The notes below the pieces were generated by a model, which ran no database searches, had not been told where the DNA came from, and saw only the letters and a list, made by a program, of their open reading frames with translations. From Octopus sinensis (lineage: Eukaryota), in contig NC_043000.1 in the NCBI RefSeq assembly GCF_006345805.1, positions 8,432,001 through 8,496,000 of the forward strand: a stretch of 64,000 nucleotides of DNA. The letters run 5' to 3'. A program made the position numbers and the translations under genes. Shown here one piece after another: positions 38,429 through 49,480 of the stretch. Within the stretch, counting starts at the first letter, position 1, and each line of letters begins with the position of its first letter.

Positions 38429-40786
38429 CATTATTATTATTATTGTGAGTTAGTTTCCAATTGTATTATTTAAGATATATGCTTTATTCCATTACTCATA
38501 TTATTATCACCATCATCATCATTATCATCCATCAGCTTTATGTCTACTTCTCCACACCTTTAAGATTTGGATAAGTCTTCATTAGCAATGTGTATTGTGG
38601 ATTATTGCAGTTTTTTGTTATCTCCTCCACGAGACTCAACCTCTTCATCCAATATCTCTCACACCCTTACCTCATCAGCATAATTTTTCCACTTGGATTG
38701 CTTGGCATCTCTTTACCTGGTCATCCTCTATACGTATCGGATGCCCACACCGCTTCTGATTCCTCTTCCACTCAGTTTTTTTTTTCTCTCAGCTCATTGG
38801 TTCTTTATTGCTTCATGCATACTAACGTTACCACATTCGTGGGAGCATACTTGCCTAATTTCTTTCAAGCTAATTTGTATAAAGCAGATGCATAGAGTTC
38901 ATTAGCAAATTAGAACACTCATGAAGTGTACTATGTCAGTTGGTTGAAAAGTTCCCTCAAAGTTCTTGATAGCTAGTGTTATCTAGGTAACATAATTATC
39001 AGTTTCAGCTGGTGTTCTGAGAATGGAATAGTAAGTAAAGGATGGGAAAGAACAAATGGGGTTATTGCTCCTGCTCATAACAAGAATCTTCTCTCACTGA
39101 GTAGAATCATAACTTGTATGATGTTTGCAAATAAAGTCTGATGTTGTATAGTAATAAATCACATACTGAACACAGATGACAGTGACAATGATCACGATGG
39201 TGATGAGGATGGTATGTGTGCATGCGTATGTGTGTGTACATATATATATCACCGTGACTGACCAGGCTATCAGATGTTGCTACACATCGCTAGTCACAAT
39301 GCACTTTGCATTGTTTTAGCTTTCAAATGACACCACCCCGCTGGCTAAGTGAGCAGGCCAACTGAAGAAAGTGTGAGAGAAAGTTGTGGTGAAAGAGTAC
39401 AGTAGGGTTCGCCACCACCCCCTGCCGAGGCCTCGTGGATCTTTAGGTGTTTTCGCTCAATAAACACTCACAATGCCCAGCCTGGGAATCAAAACCACGA
39501 TCCTACAACCACGAGTCCGCTGCCCTAGCCACTGGGCTTTTGTACCTTCACATATATATATTTTAGCCTCAGTTTAGAGCATTTAAAAAAAAAAACAGTA
39601 ACAATTAACTATAAGGTATATATATATATATATATATATATACCTTATAGTTAATTGTCACTGTTTTATTTTAAATGCTCTAAACTGAAGCTAAAACCAT
39701 CATGAATAATTTAAGGCTAAAACATGATAGATGTTTTAATTGGCCTACATTTTCTCAGTTTTATTTAGCATCTCATCACTATTATTATTTCTTGAGTGGC
39801 AGAATGTTTAGTGACATTTATGACTCTTTACACTGTGAGTTCAAATTCGTTCAAGGTCAACTTTGTGTTTCATCTTGTTGGTGTTAATAAAATAAGCACC
39901 ATTCAAGTACTGGGATTGATGTAATCAACTGATGTCACTTCTCCTAAAATTGCTGGCCTTGTACCAAAATTTGAAACCTTGTGCACTCGTGCCACTCGAA
40001 ACATTGCATATGTCACATTGGCCTCATCGCTAGATGCTTGCCAAAGCACACTCAATGTCTCCAGAGCAGAATTCCTAAGTTTAAGACAAAATTTCATGTT
40101 GGCTCACTGTTTCAACTTCCTATCCGTGACAGAAATCGCAGACTATACCATACATGTGATCACACAAATTGCACAATTTGCAAAATAACACAGTGATGCC
40201 ACTCAGCGCATGAAGGTCATTGCTAGCTGTCACTGTGCATGCAACTGTATCCCACCATTTGTTGGTGCGTTATACAACTAGTCCAGGAAATTTTTGATGC
40301 CACCTTGTTATTCACAATTTCTCTCAGTGATCATTGTGGCCAATTCTGTAAATATTATGCAAATTTTTTTTCCATTTGGAGTTGAGAAAATTAGTACCGA
40401 GAAAATAAGTATTGACTTACCCACTATCTCAAAATTTCAGGCCTTGTGTCTACAATAGAAAGGATTATTATGATGATAATTATTTATTATCATTATTATT
40501 ATTATTGACCGTTCAATGGAATCGGATACCGTTGCGACACATACTTAAGAAATGATCCTTAAAAGCATCATTATTATTATTATTATTATTATTATTAGCG
40601 CACCAGGCAAAATGCGTTCTGATATTTTGTCTGTTTTAACGTTCTGAGTTCAAATTCCGCTGTGGTTGACTTTGCCTTTCATCCTTTCGAGGTCGATAAA
40701 TTAAGTACCAGTTGCATACTGGGGTCGATCAAATTGACTGGCCCCCTCCCAAAAAATTTTAGGCCTTGTGCCTAGAGTAGAAAAGC

Positions 40787-40835
<49 letters not shown>

Positions 40836-40976
40836 CATTATCATTGTTATTATTATTATTATTACTATTCTCATGCATTAATTGAATGTCTCCTTGTTTT
40901 GTAGGTTGAAAGCCAGGTACTAAAATTCAAAGAAAATGCAGAACCTCGAACAAACACTGGTATTAACAAGTCGTAG
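3892..40976 (+). CDS. tau: Tau/MAP2/MAP4-family microtubule-associated protein, 3' partial multi-exon gene model (8 exons in window; 5' end upstream of the window)
   Basis: Spliced translation: VKIINKKEKYDAVQSRVGSKDNITHRPG/GGNIRIENKRLSYLESAKPKVGSLDKVDHKPGGGDKK/ILDDKLEWTVQPKVGSKINITHKPGGGDKK/VLDEKVEWNVQPKVGSKDNITHKPGGGDKK/VMDEKVEWIAQPKVGSKDNITHKPGGGDKK/IEDQKLEWKAGSKVGSKDNLKHVPGGGEIK/IPSQNVLGKEVDSNVGCISDEDHQAVGGIASSPPPPSSSLPQ/VESQVLKFKENAEPRTNTGINKS*. All introns are GT-AG with compatible phases. KxGS and PGGG are the tubulin-binding repeat signature. Probably the single invertebrate co-orthologue of MAPT/MAP2/MAP4. Confidence 0.93.
6324..6436 (+). CDS. tau: tau exon B (113 nt, phase 1-0), GGGNIRIENKRLSYLESAKPKVGSLDKVDHKPGGGDKK
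   Basis: Acceptor aaattacag at 6315-6323, donor AAG|GTTAGC at 6437; completes the PGGG split from exon A and holds a full KVGS...HKPGGG repeat. Confidence 0.95.
7977..8313. mobile_element. Spacer-less palindromic (foldback/MITE-like) element, 140-bp arms, with an extra 57-bp direct duplication in the left arm
   Basis: aattgcagcgtggaagg...ccttccacgctgcaatt; symmetry centre in CTGCAG at 8173/8174; duplicated units start 8058 and 8115. Confidence 0.85.
9921..10220. mobile_element. Foldback MITE-like element, ~130-bp imperfect arms and 37-bp spacer
   Basis: ttcttatttgaactcgtgtccattg vs caatggacacgagttcaaataagaa; cttcagcaacactttctgtc vs gacagaaagtgttgctgaag. Confidence 0.8.
11972..12061 (+). CDS. 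tau: tau exon C (90 nt, phase 0-0), ILDDKLEWTVQPKVGSKINITHKPGGGDKK
   Basis: Acceptor ttgaccag ending 11971, donor AAG|GTAAGA at 12062; KVGS/HKPGGG repeat. Confidence 0.93.
12305..12715 (-). mobile_element. Diverged family-B SINE, inverted relative to the adjacent 12740 copy
   Basis: Reverse-orientation landmarks ttttacttgtttcagtcatt, ttttgccgaactgttaagtta, cccaaagtgccaca, cacagccatg. Confidence 0.7.
12740..13362 (+). mobile_element. tRNA-derived SINE (family B) hosting the family-A insertion
   Basis: Head ggcatggctatgtggtaag...ggttctgggttca, core gcaccttaggc...gatttggtagacagaaactg, tail gactgaaatgagtaaaagataaaa. Confidence 0.82.
12893..13112 (+). mobile_element. tRNA-derived SINE (family A) nested in a family-B SINE, 14-bp TSD
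   Basis: Box-B-like ttctgagttcaaattcc; core gtcgactttgcctttcatccttt.ggggtcgataaattaagtacc; TSD agaaactgaaagaa at 12879-12892 and 13113-13126. Confidence 0.88.
13372..13561. mobile_element. piggyBac-type MITE, 190 bp
   Basis: TTAA on both sides (13368-13371, 13562-13565); TIR CTCTTTAGCATTCAGA / TCTAAATGCTAAAGAG (15/16). Confidence 0.8.
14155..14244 (+). CDS. tau: tau exon D (90 nt, phase 0-0), VLDEKVEWNVQPKVGSKDNITHKPGGGDKK
   Basis: Acceptor cctccctaattcag ending 14154, donor AAG|GTGAGT at 14245. Confidence 0.92.
15229..15318 (+). CDS. tau: tau exon E (90 nt, phase 0-0), VMDEKVEWIAQPKVGSKDNITHKPGGGDKK; tandem duplicate of exon D
   Basis: Acceptor cctccctaactcag ending 15228, donor AAG|GTGAGT at 15319; 87/90 nt identical to exon D. 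Confidence 0.9.
18965..19165. repeat. (TATG)n/(TACA)n compound microsatellite, representative of dozens of (AT)n, (CA)n and (ATT)n tracts in the window
   Basis: Direct reading; other large tracts at ~1455, 7918, 8372, 9545, 10911, 20570, 46375, 50800, 53200, 55560, 59160. Confidence 0.95.
19938..20027 (+). CDS. tau: tau exon F (90 nt, phase 0-0), IEDQKLEWKAGSKVGSKDNLKHVPGGGEIK
   Basis: Acceptor aacatag ending 19937, donor AAG|GTAAGC at 20028; KVGS...HVPGGG. Confidence 0.93.
20177..20835 (+). mobile_element. Three head-to-tail family-A SINEs separated by (ATT)n
   Basis: Repeated ggcag..agctggcagaat / ttctga(a/g)ttcaaatt / ttcatcctttc landmarks at ~20177, ~20415, ~20660. Confidence 0.75.
22385..22510 (+). 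CDS. tau: tau exon G (126 nt, phase 0-0), degenerate repeat plus Pro/Ser linker IPSQNVLGKEVDSNVGCISDEDHQAVGGIASSPPPPSSSLPQ
   Basis: Acceptor ggttctctacag ending 22384, donor CAG|GTAACA at 22511; open in frame; S-x-V-G...H...GG spacing matches the other repeats. Confidence 0.7.
27075..27797 (-). mobile_element. Degenerate Tc1/mariner transposon, probably DD37D (maT)-type
   Basis: ORF 27106-27552 contains YVWQQD..CHTS..KWL....FWPPNSPSCNPMYYY (consensus WPPNSPDxNPxDY); CAGGGTG-type terminus at 27791-27797; other end not seen. Confidence 0.85.
28870..30580 (-). mobile_element. Degenerate RTE-clade LINE, reverse transcriptase region
   Basis: Minus-strand remnants FVDFEKPYD (~29890), GLQQGCIVSP (~29715), ADDIVLLGSSEGDTQHVL...AGMKIS (~29550-29645), interrupted by stops and frameshifts; boundaries approximate. 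Confidence 0.8.
31498..31525 (+). CDS. Candidate 28-nt microexon of tau (KSLTRYEGK + G)
   Basis: Long pyrimidine tract ~31428-31470, CTAAC at 31471-31475, TGC at 31484-31486, ttttccag acceptor ending 31497, donor AAG|GTAGGC at 31526. No protein homology support. Confidence 0.35.
32595..32756. mobile_element. mariner-like MITE end; related copy at ~40165-40307
   Basis: Shared terminus actagtc...tttttgatgccac(t/c)ttg followed by TA. Confidence 0.45.
33465..34420 (+). mobile_element. RTE-clade LINE 3' fragment (RT C-terminus plus 3'UTR with GAT tail)
   Basis: + strand reads AWAKFRELL...RLYDTYVRTAMLHGNETW...GHVLHMDEDS...RPRKTWDEVVKHDL; 3'UTR ends cattaaacgatggtgatgat. Confidence 0.85.
35323..35703 (-). 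mobile_element. Non-autonomous Helitron (381 bp), different internal sequence
   Basis: a|CTAGcattatcgcccagcattgctcggg ... tttatacatataaaGA|t: same terminal structure and AT target. Confidence 0.8.
36240..36386. mobile_element. hAT (Charlie-like) MITE, 147 bp
   Basis: Perfect 14-bp TIR CAGTGGTTCCCAAC/GTTGGGAACCACTG; 8-bp TSD ttctaaat/tactaaat (7/8). Confidence 0.85.
37318..38040 (+). mobile_element. Three head-to-tail family-A SINEs separated by (ATT)n
   Basis: ttctgagttcaaatt at ~37375, ~37602, ~37892; each ends aaatttgaaacc or agaaagg followed by (ATT)n. Confidence 0.8.
38215..38446. repeat. Compound (ATT)n/(CTT)n microsatellite with an 81-bp higher-order duplication
   Basis: atcattcttcttcttcttatt...ttttatt recurs at 38268 and 38349. 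Confidence 0.9.
39245..39540 (-). mobile_element. tRNA-derived SINE of a third family; related copies at ~19250-19355 and 56126-56330(+)
   Basis: Reverse tRNA-like head gggaatcaaaaccacgatcc...cctagccactggg; shared accaggctatcagatgttgctacacatcgctagtcacaatgcac end. Confidence 0.65.
39561..39696. repeat. 136-bp near-perfect palindrome centred on (TA)13
   Basis: ttttagcctcagtttagagcattt...aattaactataagg (TA)13 ccttatagttaatt...aaatgctctaaactgaagctaaaa. Confidence 0.9.
40598..40790 (+). mobile_element. Family-A SINE just upstream of terminal exon H; further + copies at ~4290-4480, 5592-5735, 7477-7680, 9062-9180, 39795-39978, 51670-51885, 51960-52165
   Basis: Same box-B and gcctttcatcctttcg.ggtcgataaattaagtacc core. 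Confidence 0.82.
40905..40976 (+). CDS. tau: tau terminal coding exon H, R' pseudo-repeat VESQVLKFKENAEPRTNTGINKS*
   Basis: Acceptor tccttgttttgtag ending 40904; aligns to human tau IETHKLTFRENAKAKTDHG (E, L, F, ENA, T, G identical); TAG at 40974-40976. Confidence 0.9.
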   Translation, partial: VESQVLKFKENAEPRTNTGINKS

Positions 40977-43900
40977 CCGTAAATGCAACTTTTATTCCAG
41001 TTTTTTTTTCTTAATTTTTCCCCCCCAGAGTTGGCTCAGTCTGTCTTCTCTGTATTTCAGACTGTTAAAAATAGCTCATCCAACCCAACAAATATACATA
41101 CATATATACATATATATACATACATATATCTATAGATATATATAGATATATAGATATATATATATATATATAGATATATATACATTTATATACATATATA
41201 TATATATATATAAATATATATTTATACACATATATAGATAAGTATATATATATATATATACATTCACATACATTTACATATATCTGCACGTACACTCACA
41301 CAAACATTTACATAAATGGGGGGGAAAAATGAAAAATGTGAAGAAGACTATGAAAAATTTTTCTTTTTCTTTTTAAATTTTTCTTTTTTTAAGTTTCTTT
41401 TCTGAACAATTATTGCGACTCCCCTCCCCCCACTATGTTTTAATTCATACAATCACACCCAAGCATTGTTGATTTGATGTTATACTAGTAAAGAAAACGA
41501 TAACAAGCAGTCGATATTAGTAAAATTTTCAGTTCTTCACTAGACCAAAAATAAAAAAAAAATATGAAAAAAAAAAGGAAAAAAACGAAAGAAAATTGAA
41601 AAAAAAATAGCACAATTCTTTTAAAGTTTAAAAACTTCACAAAAAAATAGCATAAAAAGAAAAGAAGAAAAATATAAAGAAAAGCAAATTGTTCTCCCCG
41701 GACACCTTATTATTGTTTACAAAACCTACAAAATACAAACAAACCTTATGGTGGTACTGTATAACAGCCTTTGTGATATTGTACTCTATGGCAAACATCA
41801 ATCTCACAACTGCAGCAGAGAAGGAGACGAAAAGAATTGCATTTCTGAAGATGGATCTTGAAGACTCTCTAGAAGCAGGTTGAGTATGTCTTATTGTAAT
41901 AAATGGGAACAGTAAGATGGTTATTGCATTCACATTTTCTAAGAACTAAATTGTGAACACTCCACACGAAATAGTTCAAGAACAGTATGACTATGTTTGT
42001 TTAATTAATTATTTGATTTTTTTTTAATGTTATTTTTTCCTTCTCATTCTTCTACTTCTTCTATTTCTTCAATATTGCTCTTTGATAGTTTTCTTCCCCC
42101 TTTGCTCCATACATTCTCATTCTCTGTTCCTTCTTCAATAGAATACTGAGTATTAATCTTGACCCTTATGTACATATATGTGTGTTTGTGTTTGTGTGTG
42201 TGTATGTGTGTCTGTGAATATATGTATATATATATATATATATATAATATATATTTATACACATATATAGATAAGTATATATATATATATACATTCACAT
42301 ACATTTACATATATCTGCACGTACACTCACACAAACATTTACATAAATGGGGGGGAAAAATGAAAAATGTGAAGAAGACTATGAAAAATTTTTCTTTTTC
42401 TTTTTAATTTTTCTTTTTTTAAGTTTCTTTTCTGAACAATTATTGCGACTCCCCTCCCCCCACTATGTTTTAATTCATACAATCACACCCAAGCATTGTT
42501 GATTTGATGTTATACTAGTAAAGAAAACGATAACAAGCAGTCGATATTAGTAAAATTTTCAGTTCTTCACTAGACCAAAAATAAAAAAAAAATATGAAAA
42601 AAAAAAGGAAAAAAACGAAAGAAAATTGAAAAAAAAATAGCACAATTCTTTTAAAGTTTAAAAACTTCACAAAAAAATAGCATAAAAAGAAAAGAAGAAA
42701 AATATAAAGAAAAGCAAATTGTTCTCCCCGGACACCTTATTATTGTTTACAAAACCTACAAAATACAAACAAACCTTATGGTGGTACTGTATAACAGCCT
42801 TTGTGATATTGTACTCTATGGCAAACATCAATCTCACAACTGCAGCAGAGAAGGAGACGAAAAGAATTGCATTTCTGAAGATGGATCTTGAAGACTCTCT
42901 AGAAGCAGGTTGAGTATGTCTTATTGTAATAAATGGGAACAGTAAGATGGTTATTGCATTCACATTTTCTAAGAACTAAATTGTGAACACTCCACACGAA
43001 ATAGTTCAAGAACAGTATGACTATGTTTGTTTAATTAATTATTTGATTTTTTTTTTAATGTTATTTTTTCCTTCTCATTCTTCTACTTCTTCTATTTCTT
43101 CAATATTGCTCTTTGATAGTTTTCTTCCCCCTTTGCTCCATACATTCTCATTCTCTGTTCCTTCTTCAATAGAATACTGAGTATTAATCTTGACCCTTAT
43201 GTACATATATGTGTGTTTGTGTTTGTGTGTGTGTATGTGTGTCTGTGAATATATGTATATATATATATTATATATATATATATATATATATTTACATATA
43301 GAAAATTCATGTATCTACATTGTATACATAGCTGTATATTTATATAAAATACATATATCTGTATTTTGTATGCGTGTGTATAAAAGTTTGAGCACATACA
43401 CACACACAAAACACACATACTTGTGTGCATTTGTATATATATTGTGCATATGTATATAGTAAATATACATATAATACATATATAGAATAATATATTTATA
43501 GTTTATAAACATATATAATAATATATATGTATGTATATATATATATATATATATATATACTATACATACAGAGCTCCGGGTGGTTGTTACTTTATTACAT
43601 TCACATAAGATTTACCATAGCTGGAATAACCTTACACCATGAATTAAAATATTTATGTATAGAGAGTTAATTAAATTAACAACTATCCTTATGCAGCACA
43701 CGCACACATATACTAACAAACATACACATAAAGAAAAATTCATGCACAAAACCAGCTGATATGACAACGCATATCAATACATCAGTTACTACTATTAAAT
43801 AGCTTGTTTATATGAATTAAAGCTGTGTGGCTGGATGTTATAAGTTTACATTTCTAAACTACATTTCATTTTGCTTGTCGCTCTTTTAATTCTAATTTCC

Positions 43901-44893
43901 TTCAATATTTGTTAATATATGTTTATTTTTGACATGTCAGTATATAATTCAAGCATATATTCTGGTAGTTAGTGGCAGTAGGTGTAGGAATTAATATCAC
44001 TCACCTGTACGTGCTTGTTTGCTTACACATGTGCAGATAGATACACAAGTGTATATATATATATGATATCTTAATTAAAAGTCTTCACTGTCATCCTTTT
44101 GATTTTAATTAACCAAATCAGTTTTCTGCCCTTCTTTATTGTTATTGTTTTATTTAGAAACATTTCTGTATATTTTCTAACTTCTTCAATACTTAAGTCG
44201 TGTTACAAAACAGAGCACATACACATATACAATTATACATACATACACACAAGCATGAATTTATGTGTGCATTTTCTCCACTATTGTGTAAACAACAGAT
44301 ATAAATAAGAAAATTTAACTTTTTATTAAAAAGGAGTAAAAAAAGATAATTAAAAATTAAAGTTAGTATTAATATAACATTTAATCAGAATCAAATGGTA
44401 TTTTTGCATTAGAGCATTTCAAATTGCTTTTAAGATTTCATTATTCACAATTTCCAGAAAATTCCGTTTATTGTGCATGTATGCTATTTATTTGCTATAA
44501 TTATTTAATTAACAGCTTATAATTGTACTTCATTTATATAAGCACCACACAATTGCCATTTCTGTGAACCACAGCTAACATGGTAGATCTATTTAGCTCC
44601 TTATTTTTATATTGCTCTGTGTGCCGTTCCTCTCCCCCTTCCTTCTCTCAAGATTACACTAATTCTTCAGCTGATTATTTCCTATTATGGTTGGCACTAT
44701 GGCTGAGAAATGGAGATGATGATTAAACAGTCTGAGATATGTGTTGGTTGAAGTACAAAAATGAAAATCAAAACATGTTGTGATAATGCAGTCATAGGGA
44801 GACATCAGCTATTCTTTCTGTTCATAGAATATATGTGTGTATTTGTATATATGGATGCATATGCATATATATATATATGTATGTATATATATA

Positions 44894-44925
<32 letters not shown>

Positions 44926-45913
44926 TTATCTACGACTTTATACATATGTGTATATATATTTATGTGTGTGTGTGTGTGTATGTGTATATATATATATATA
45001 TATTTATACATATATATTGTCAGAGATTTGTATTCTTTTGTGTAAGGTTATTTAAAGTATTTATTAGGTTTCTATGTACATACATGTGTGTTTGGGTTCA
45101 TATCTCAAAGACTTTGAGCTTCTGTTGTATACTCACTCACACGTATTCATGTATATGCACACTAAGAGTTCTTATACATAGACACAAGCATTTATTAAAA
45201 TAGATGTATACATAACAGTGTCCACATTGTATTACATAATGAAATTTAATCATTATTTAGATTGTAGCTACACACTTGACAGAATTGTCTCCATCAAAGG
45301 AAAGAATGGATATTAAGACTAATGGAAAATTACAAGCATTACATAGCAATGTGCCAAATAATTAAATGAAATGCAAAAACCATTTGAATCGAAGAAAGAC
45401 TCTTCCTTTTGTCTTTTTGTTTTATTTCGTTTATTGAAACAGTTTCTTTGCTCTTTGCTCTTACTCTGATATTTCATTAATAGGAAATATTTTCTCGTGT
45501 CTGTTTTATGCTGAAGTCATTATTATATCGATATTATAAAGCTGTGTTCTGTTGCTTCAAAAACACAAAAAAAAAGCCAAAAAAACTAACTGGTCGAGCT
45601 CACTTAATCAGTTGCGGTATCAAGAGAATGTGATTTAGATGAAACTATTATCGCTTTAGCTAACCAATACAATGATCAGTGTCCGCAAGTTATTTCTCTC
45701 TTCCTCTTTACACACAAACTGTCATATCAACTTCTCCTATTTATTAAATATGTATAATATATTGTTTCTAAATGTATTATCAATAATGACTTGTTACTCA
45801 CTTAAAAGACATTCTACTACTCAGTTGCTTGCTGGTTTTTTGTATATTTGACAAAGCGGGACAAGATATAGTGACAGCGATGGTGTCAGAGCTTACAATG
45901 GACTTTTATTTAA

Positions 45914-45945
<32 letters not shown>

Positions 45946-46459
45946 GTCATCATATATTATTATTAATATTATTATGATCATCATCACTGTCATTGTCATC
46001 ATCATTGCCACCATCATTACCATCACCATCATTACCATCACCTTCATCATCATCATCATCATTATATAATTAATTTATCTATTACTAACATGACTTCATG
46101 CTGGATCAGTCAGGAAGTGTTTGTGAGCTTTAATGAGAAATCCTTTTAACACTGATAAAGATAAAAAAACGTTTTTTAAATTAAAAACAAAAAAAATTTA
46201 AAAGCAAATTAGCTGAATTAAATAGTTGCAGAAGAGATTGATTCGTTAATGTAATCTCCATTTTTAAAGATATTAACTGCAATTATGAAAAATATGTATT
46301 AGGCATACAAAAACAAAAGTGAAAAATGTTGTCTTAAAATAACAACCCCAAAAACAGAAAGTTCACAATTACTATATATACATACATTTATATATACATT
46401 TACATACATATATATCTATATATATATATATGTATCTATATACATATATATATATATAC

Positions 46460-46511
<52 letters not shown>

Positions 46512-46539
46512 GATATATATGTATGTAAATGTATATATA

Positions 46540-46614
<75 letters not shown>

Positions 46615-46868
46615 GTATGTATTTGTATATCAGGATATGTGTAATTAATAGTTTGCTGTCACTAAAATGTCTTTCAGTTTATCGACATAGATTATATATC
46701 AACTGTATAACGACTAAGAAAAATGCAACAAAACTAGCATGTTCATGTCTTTGGAATTGTCTAGTTGTTGTTACAATGTTAAATGAACTAGAAACAAAAA
46801 CAATAAAATAAATGTATAACCATATTCCAGTGCACACATTCTTTTATATAGGTATATATCTATTTATA

Positions 46869-46909
<41 letters not shown>

Positions 46910-47746
46910 CTATGCATGTGTGTCTTTATGTTTTCTTGCTGAATGTTAAGTTGAGCTTTGAGACTTAAAGAAGCATACATTCAAGTCATGGAGCGCTCCT
47001 TACTGAAGCTTGAACATCCACACATATACACCTGTGTGTGTGTGTTTATATAAACTTTAACATATGTATGCATATAAAATATACATGTATGTGTGTATAT
47101 ATATATGTATAGATGCTTACACATACATACATACATACATACAGACAGACAGACAGACAGACATATACGTATATCTGCATTTGCTATATATGTATATGTT
47201 TATATATAAGTATATATTACATGCATACTTATGCACATATGCTTCCTCTTAATATATATACATATATATACATACACACATGTGTGTGTGTGTATCTCGT
47301 TTATTTACTAATACACACACATACATATATATGCACGTATACATGCACACATCAGTTGTTAGATGGAATGTGTAATTATTCTCGTGTCCAATTAAATCTT
47401 TATTGTTTACTTTCATTTGGGGAATATAATAAAACAAACAAAAAAATATACCAATTACAATAAATTAATATCTTTAGAGTAGAGATAAACAATTATTTCT
47501 AAAGAAAAAAATATTTATATAATTTCTATGGTTATCGATTCCTATTTGGTAGCTTTTCCCATTTTATTTGTCTTGGCTCCAGAATCATAACACCATCACA
47601 GAAAATGTACACCATTTAATTCCTTTTATTTCTAGAACAGTACTCAACTTAAAAATAAGGGCAACCTTGATCCCTTATCATGCTATATTTCTAACTGATC
47701 CCTTTGCATAAGAAGTAACGATACATATATATACATATATATATAC

Positions 47747-47812
<66 letters not shown>

Positions 47813-48906
47813 ATAATATATATACATGATCTCTTACACTCTCTTCATCACTCCTGCCTATCTCTAACTTTCCATATTTCTTTCTCTCTCTCACACTGTT
47901 CACCTCCTACTAACTCTCTCACTTTTTCTTTCTCTCTCTCTCTCTCTCTTTCTCTCTGACTCACTTCCTCTCTCATTTCAAGCTATTTGTGATAAATTGT
48001 TCTTCACAGAATAAATTTTGGCATGATAAGAATTCGATGCTATATAAAGTGTTGATGCGATATCTGCAACAAACCAATTTTGTTTAGAATCCTTGATATA
48101 TGTTTAGTTATGATAGTAGAGGTTTAGTTGAGTCCATGTCGGTTTCTATCCATCCTGTGATTATATCTTTTTCTTGTCGTCATTAAAGTGTATGTAATTA
48201 TTAGTGAATAAATTGTCAATATTAAGGCAGTTATTGGACTAACAAACTTGTTCAGTTGTTCAAAAATTCATTTCGTCTTTGTTTTATTTTTTAAGAATTT
48301 CAAGAGAAGCTTTTTTTTTTCATTTCTTTTCGCTTCTATGATTTATTTATTGACTGTGTATTGTAATGTGTGGAATCCTTAAGAAGCATGCATTATTATT
48401 ATTATGGTCTTATCATTATATAAATTCAGTTCTTGCTGGCCATTTGAAATTAATTGCTAGTTTTGTTTCCACAGAATTTCATCGCCTTTTATTTCTTTAT
48501 TTCTTTATTGATCTCTTGAAAAAAAAAAAATAATCAAAATTTGCTTAAGGAATTGTTTTATATTTGTAAAATTCCATATTTTTATTATTTTTCCTTTAGT
48601 TTTGTGCGTGTATATTGATAATGACAATGATTAAGTACATTAATTTCATAATTTCCTTTAATGAATTAATGTAAAATTCAAATCTCTAGAGTGTGTGTTC
48701 AAGCTCTGTAATTTCCTTAAAGAAGGCTAGCAACATCTTTTCTATGATCAAGTGCTCTTTAATGGATCCAACCATGACCATGCCAGAGCAACTGAATGAT
48801 ATATACTGACAAGAGCTGTGTTATGTTATTTAATTATCTGCATGATCTGTTATTGTCGAGGCATGAAGCATGTTATTATTTAATTATAAAATCTCATATG
48901 TCTCTC

Positions 48907-48966
<60 letters not shown>

Positions 48967-49480
48967 AATATTTATTGTCTTGCAAATCTTTATGCAGACT
49001 TTTTAATTTTGCAATTTATTATTCCTTAAAAAAAAATTAAAAAATTTAGAATTAATAGCACAGTCTATTCCTTCACTTTTCGCTTACATTTTCGAATATA
49101 CCAAATGTTGCGAAGGAAAAAGGGAGTTAGGTATTTAAAATACTGAATCTTCTCATGCTGTGCCTATGTTTCTAAATTATCTTATACACATCATTGTTGG
49201 TTATAGTCGCAAAAAAGCTTTCTTTGCTATCGTATTCTTGTATTTTAAAAAGTCTTTCATTTCTTATTCGACCTAAACGTATTTCTCTAGTTATTTGTCA
49301 TTTGGCTTGCTGCTGCTTTTTACAAAAGATTGATGTAGCCATAAATTTCGACAATTACACAGAATTAATAGCTGTTAAAAGAACTATAAGTGCTACTGCT
49401 TGCAGACGTTCTGTTGTACATAATGTAAAATTATATACATATATATATATTTAATAAAATAAAAGTGTTGGATTGTGTAA
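40977..49480 (+). other. Putative long 3'UTR of tau
   Basis: Follows the stop codon; AT-rich; I could not find the SINE families that are common elsewhere; ends at a well-formed poly(A) site. Proximal AATAAA sites (e.g. 41550) could give shorter isoforms. Confidence 0.4.
41221..43270 (+). repeat. Near-identical 1,030-bp direct tandem duplication bounded by (AT)n tracts
   Basis: ORF-track entries 41637-41933 and 42667-42963 are identical at offset 1030; visible differences only in microsatellite/homopolymer length. Confidence 0.95.

Noticed and set aside
41637-42963. Two identical 98-aa ORFs (and 64-aa partners) suggesting duplicated genes
   Set aside because: Low-complexity frames inside the 1,030-bp duplication in the putative UTR; no homology or splice structure
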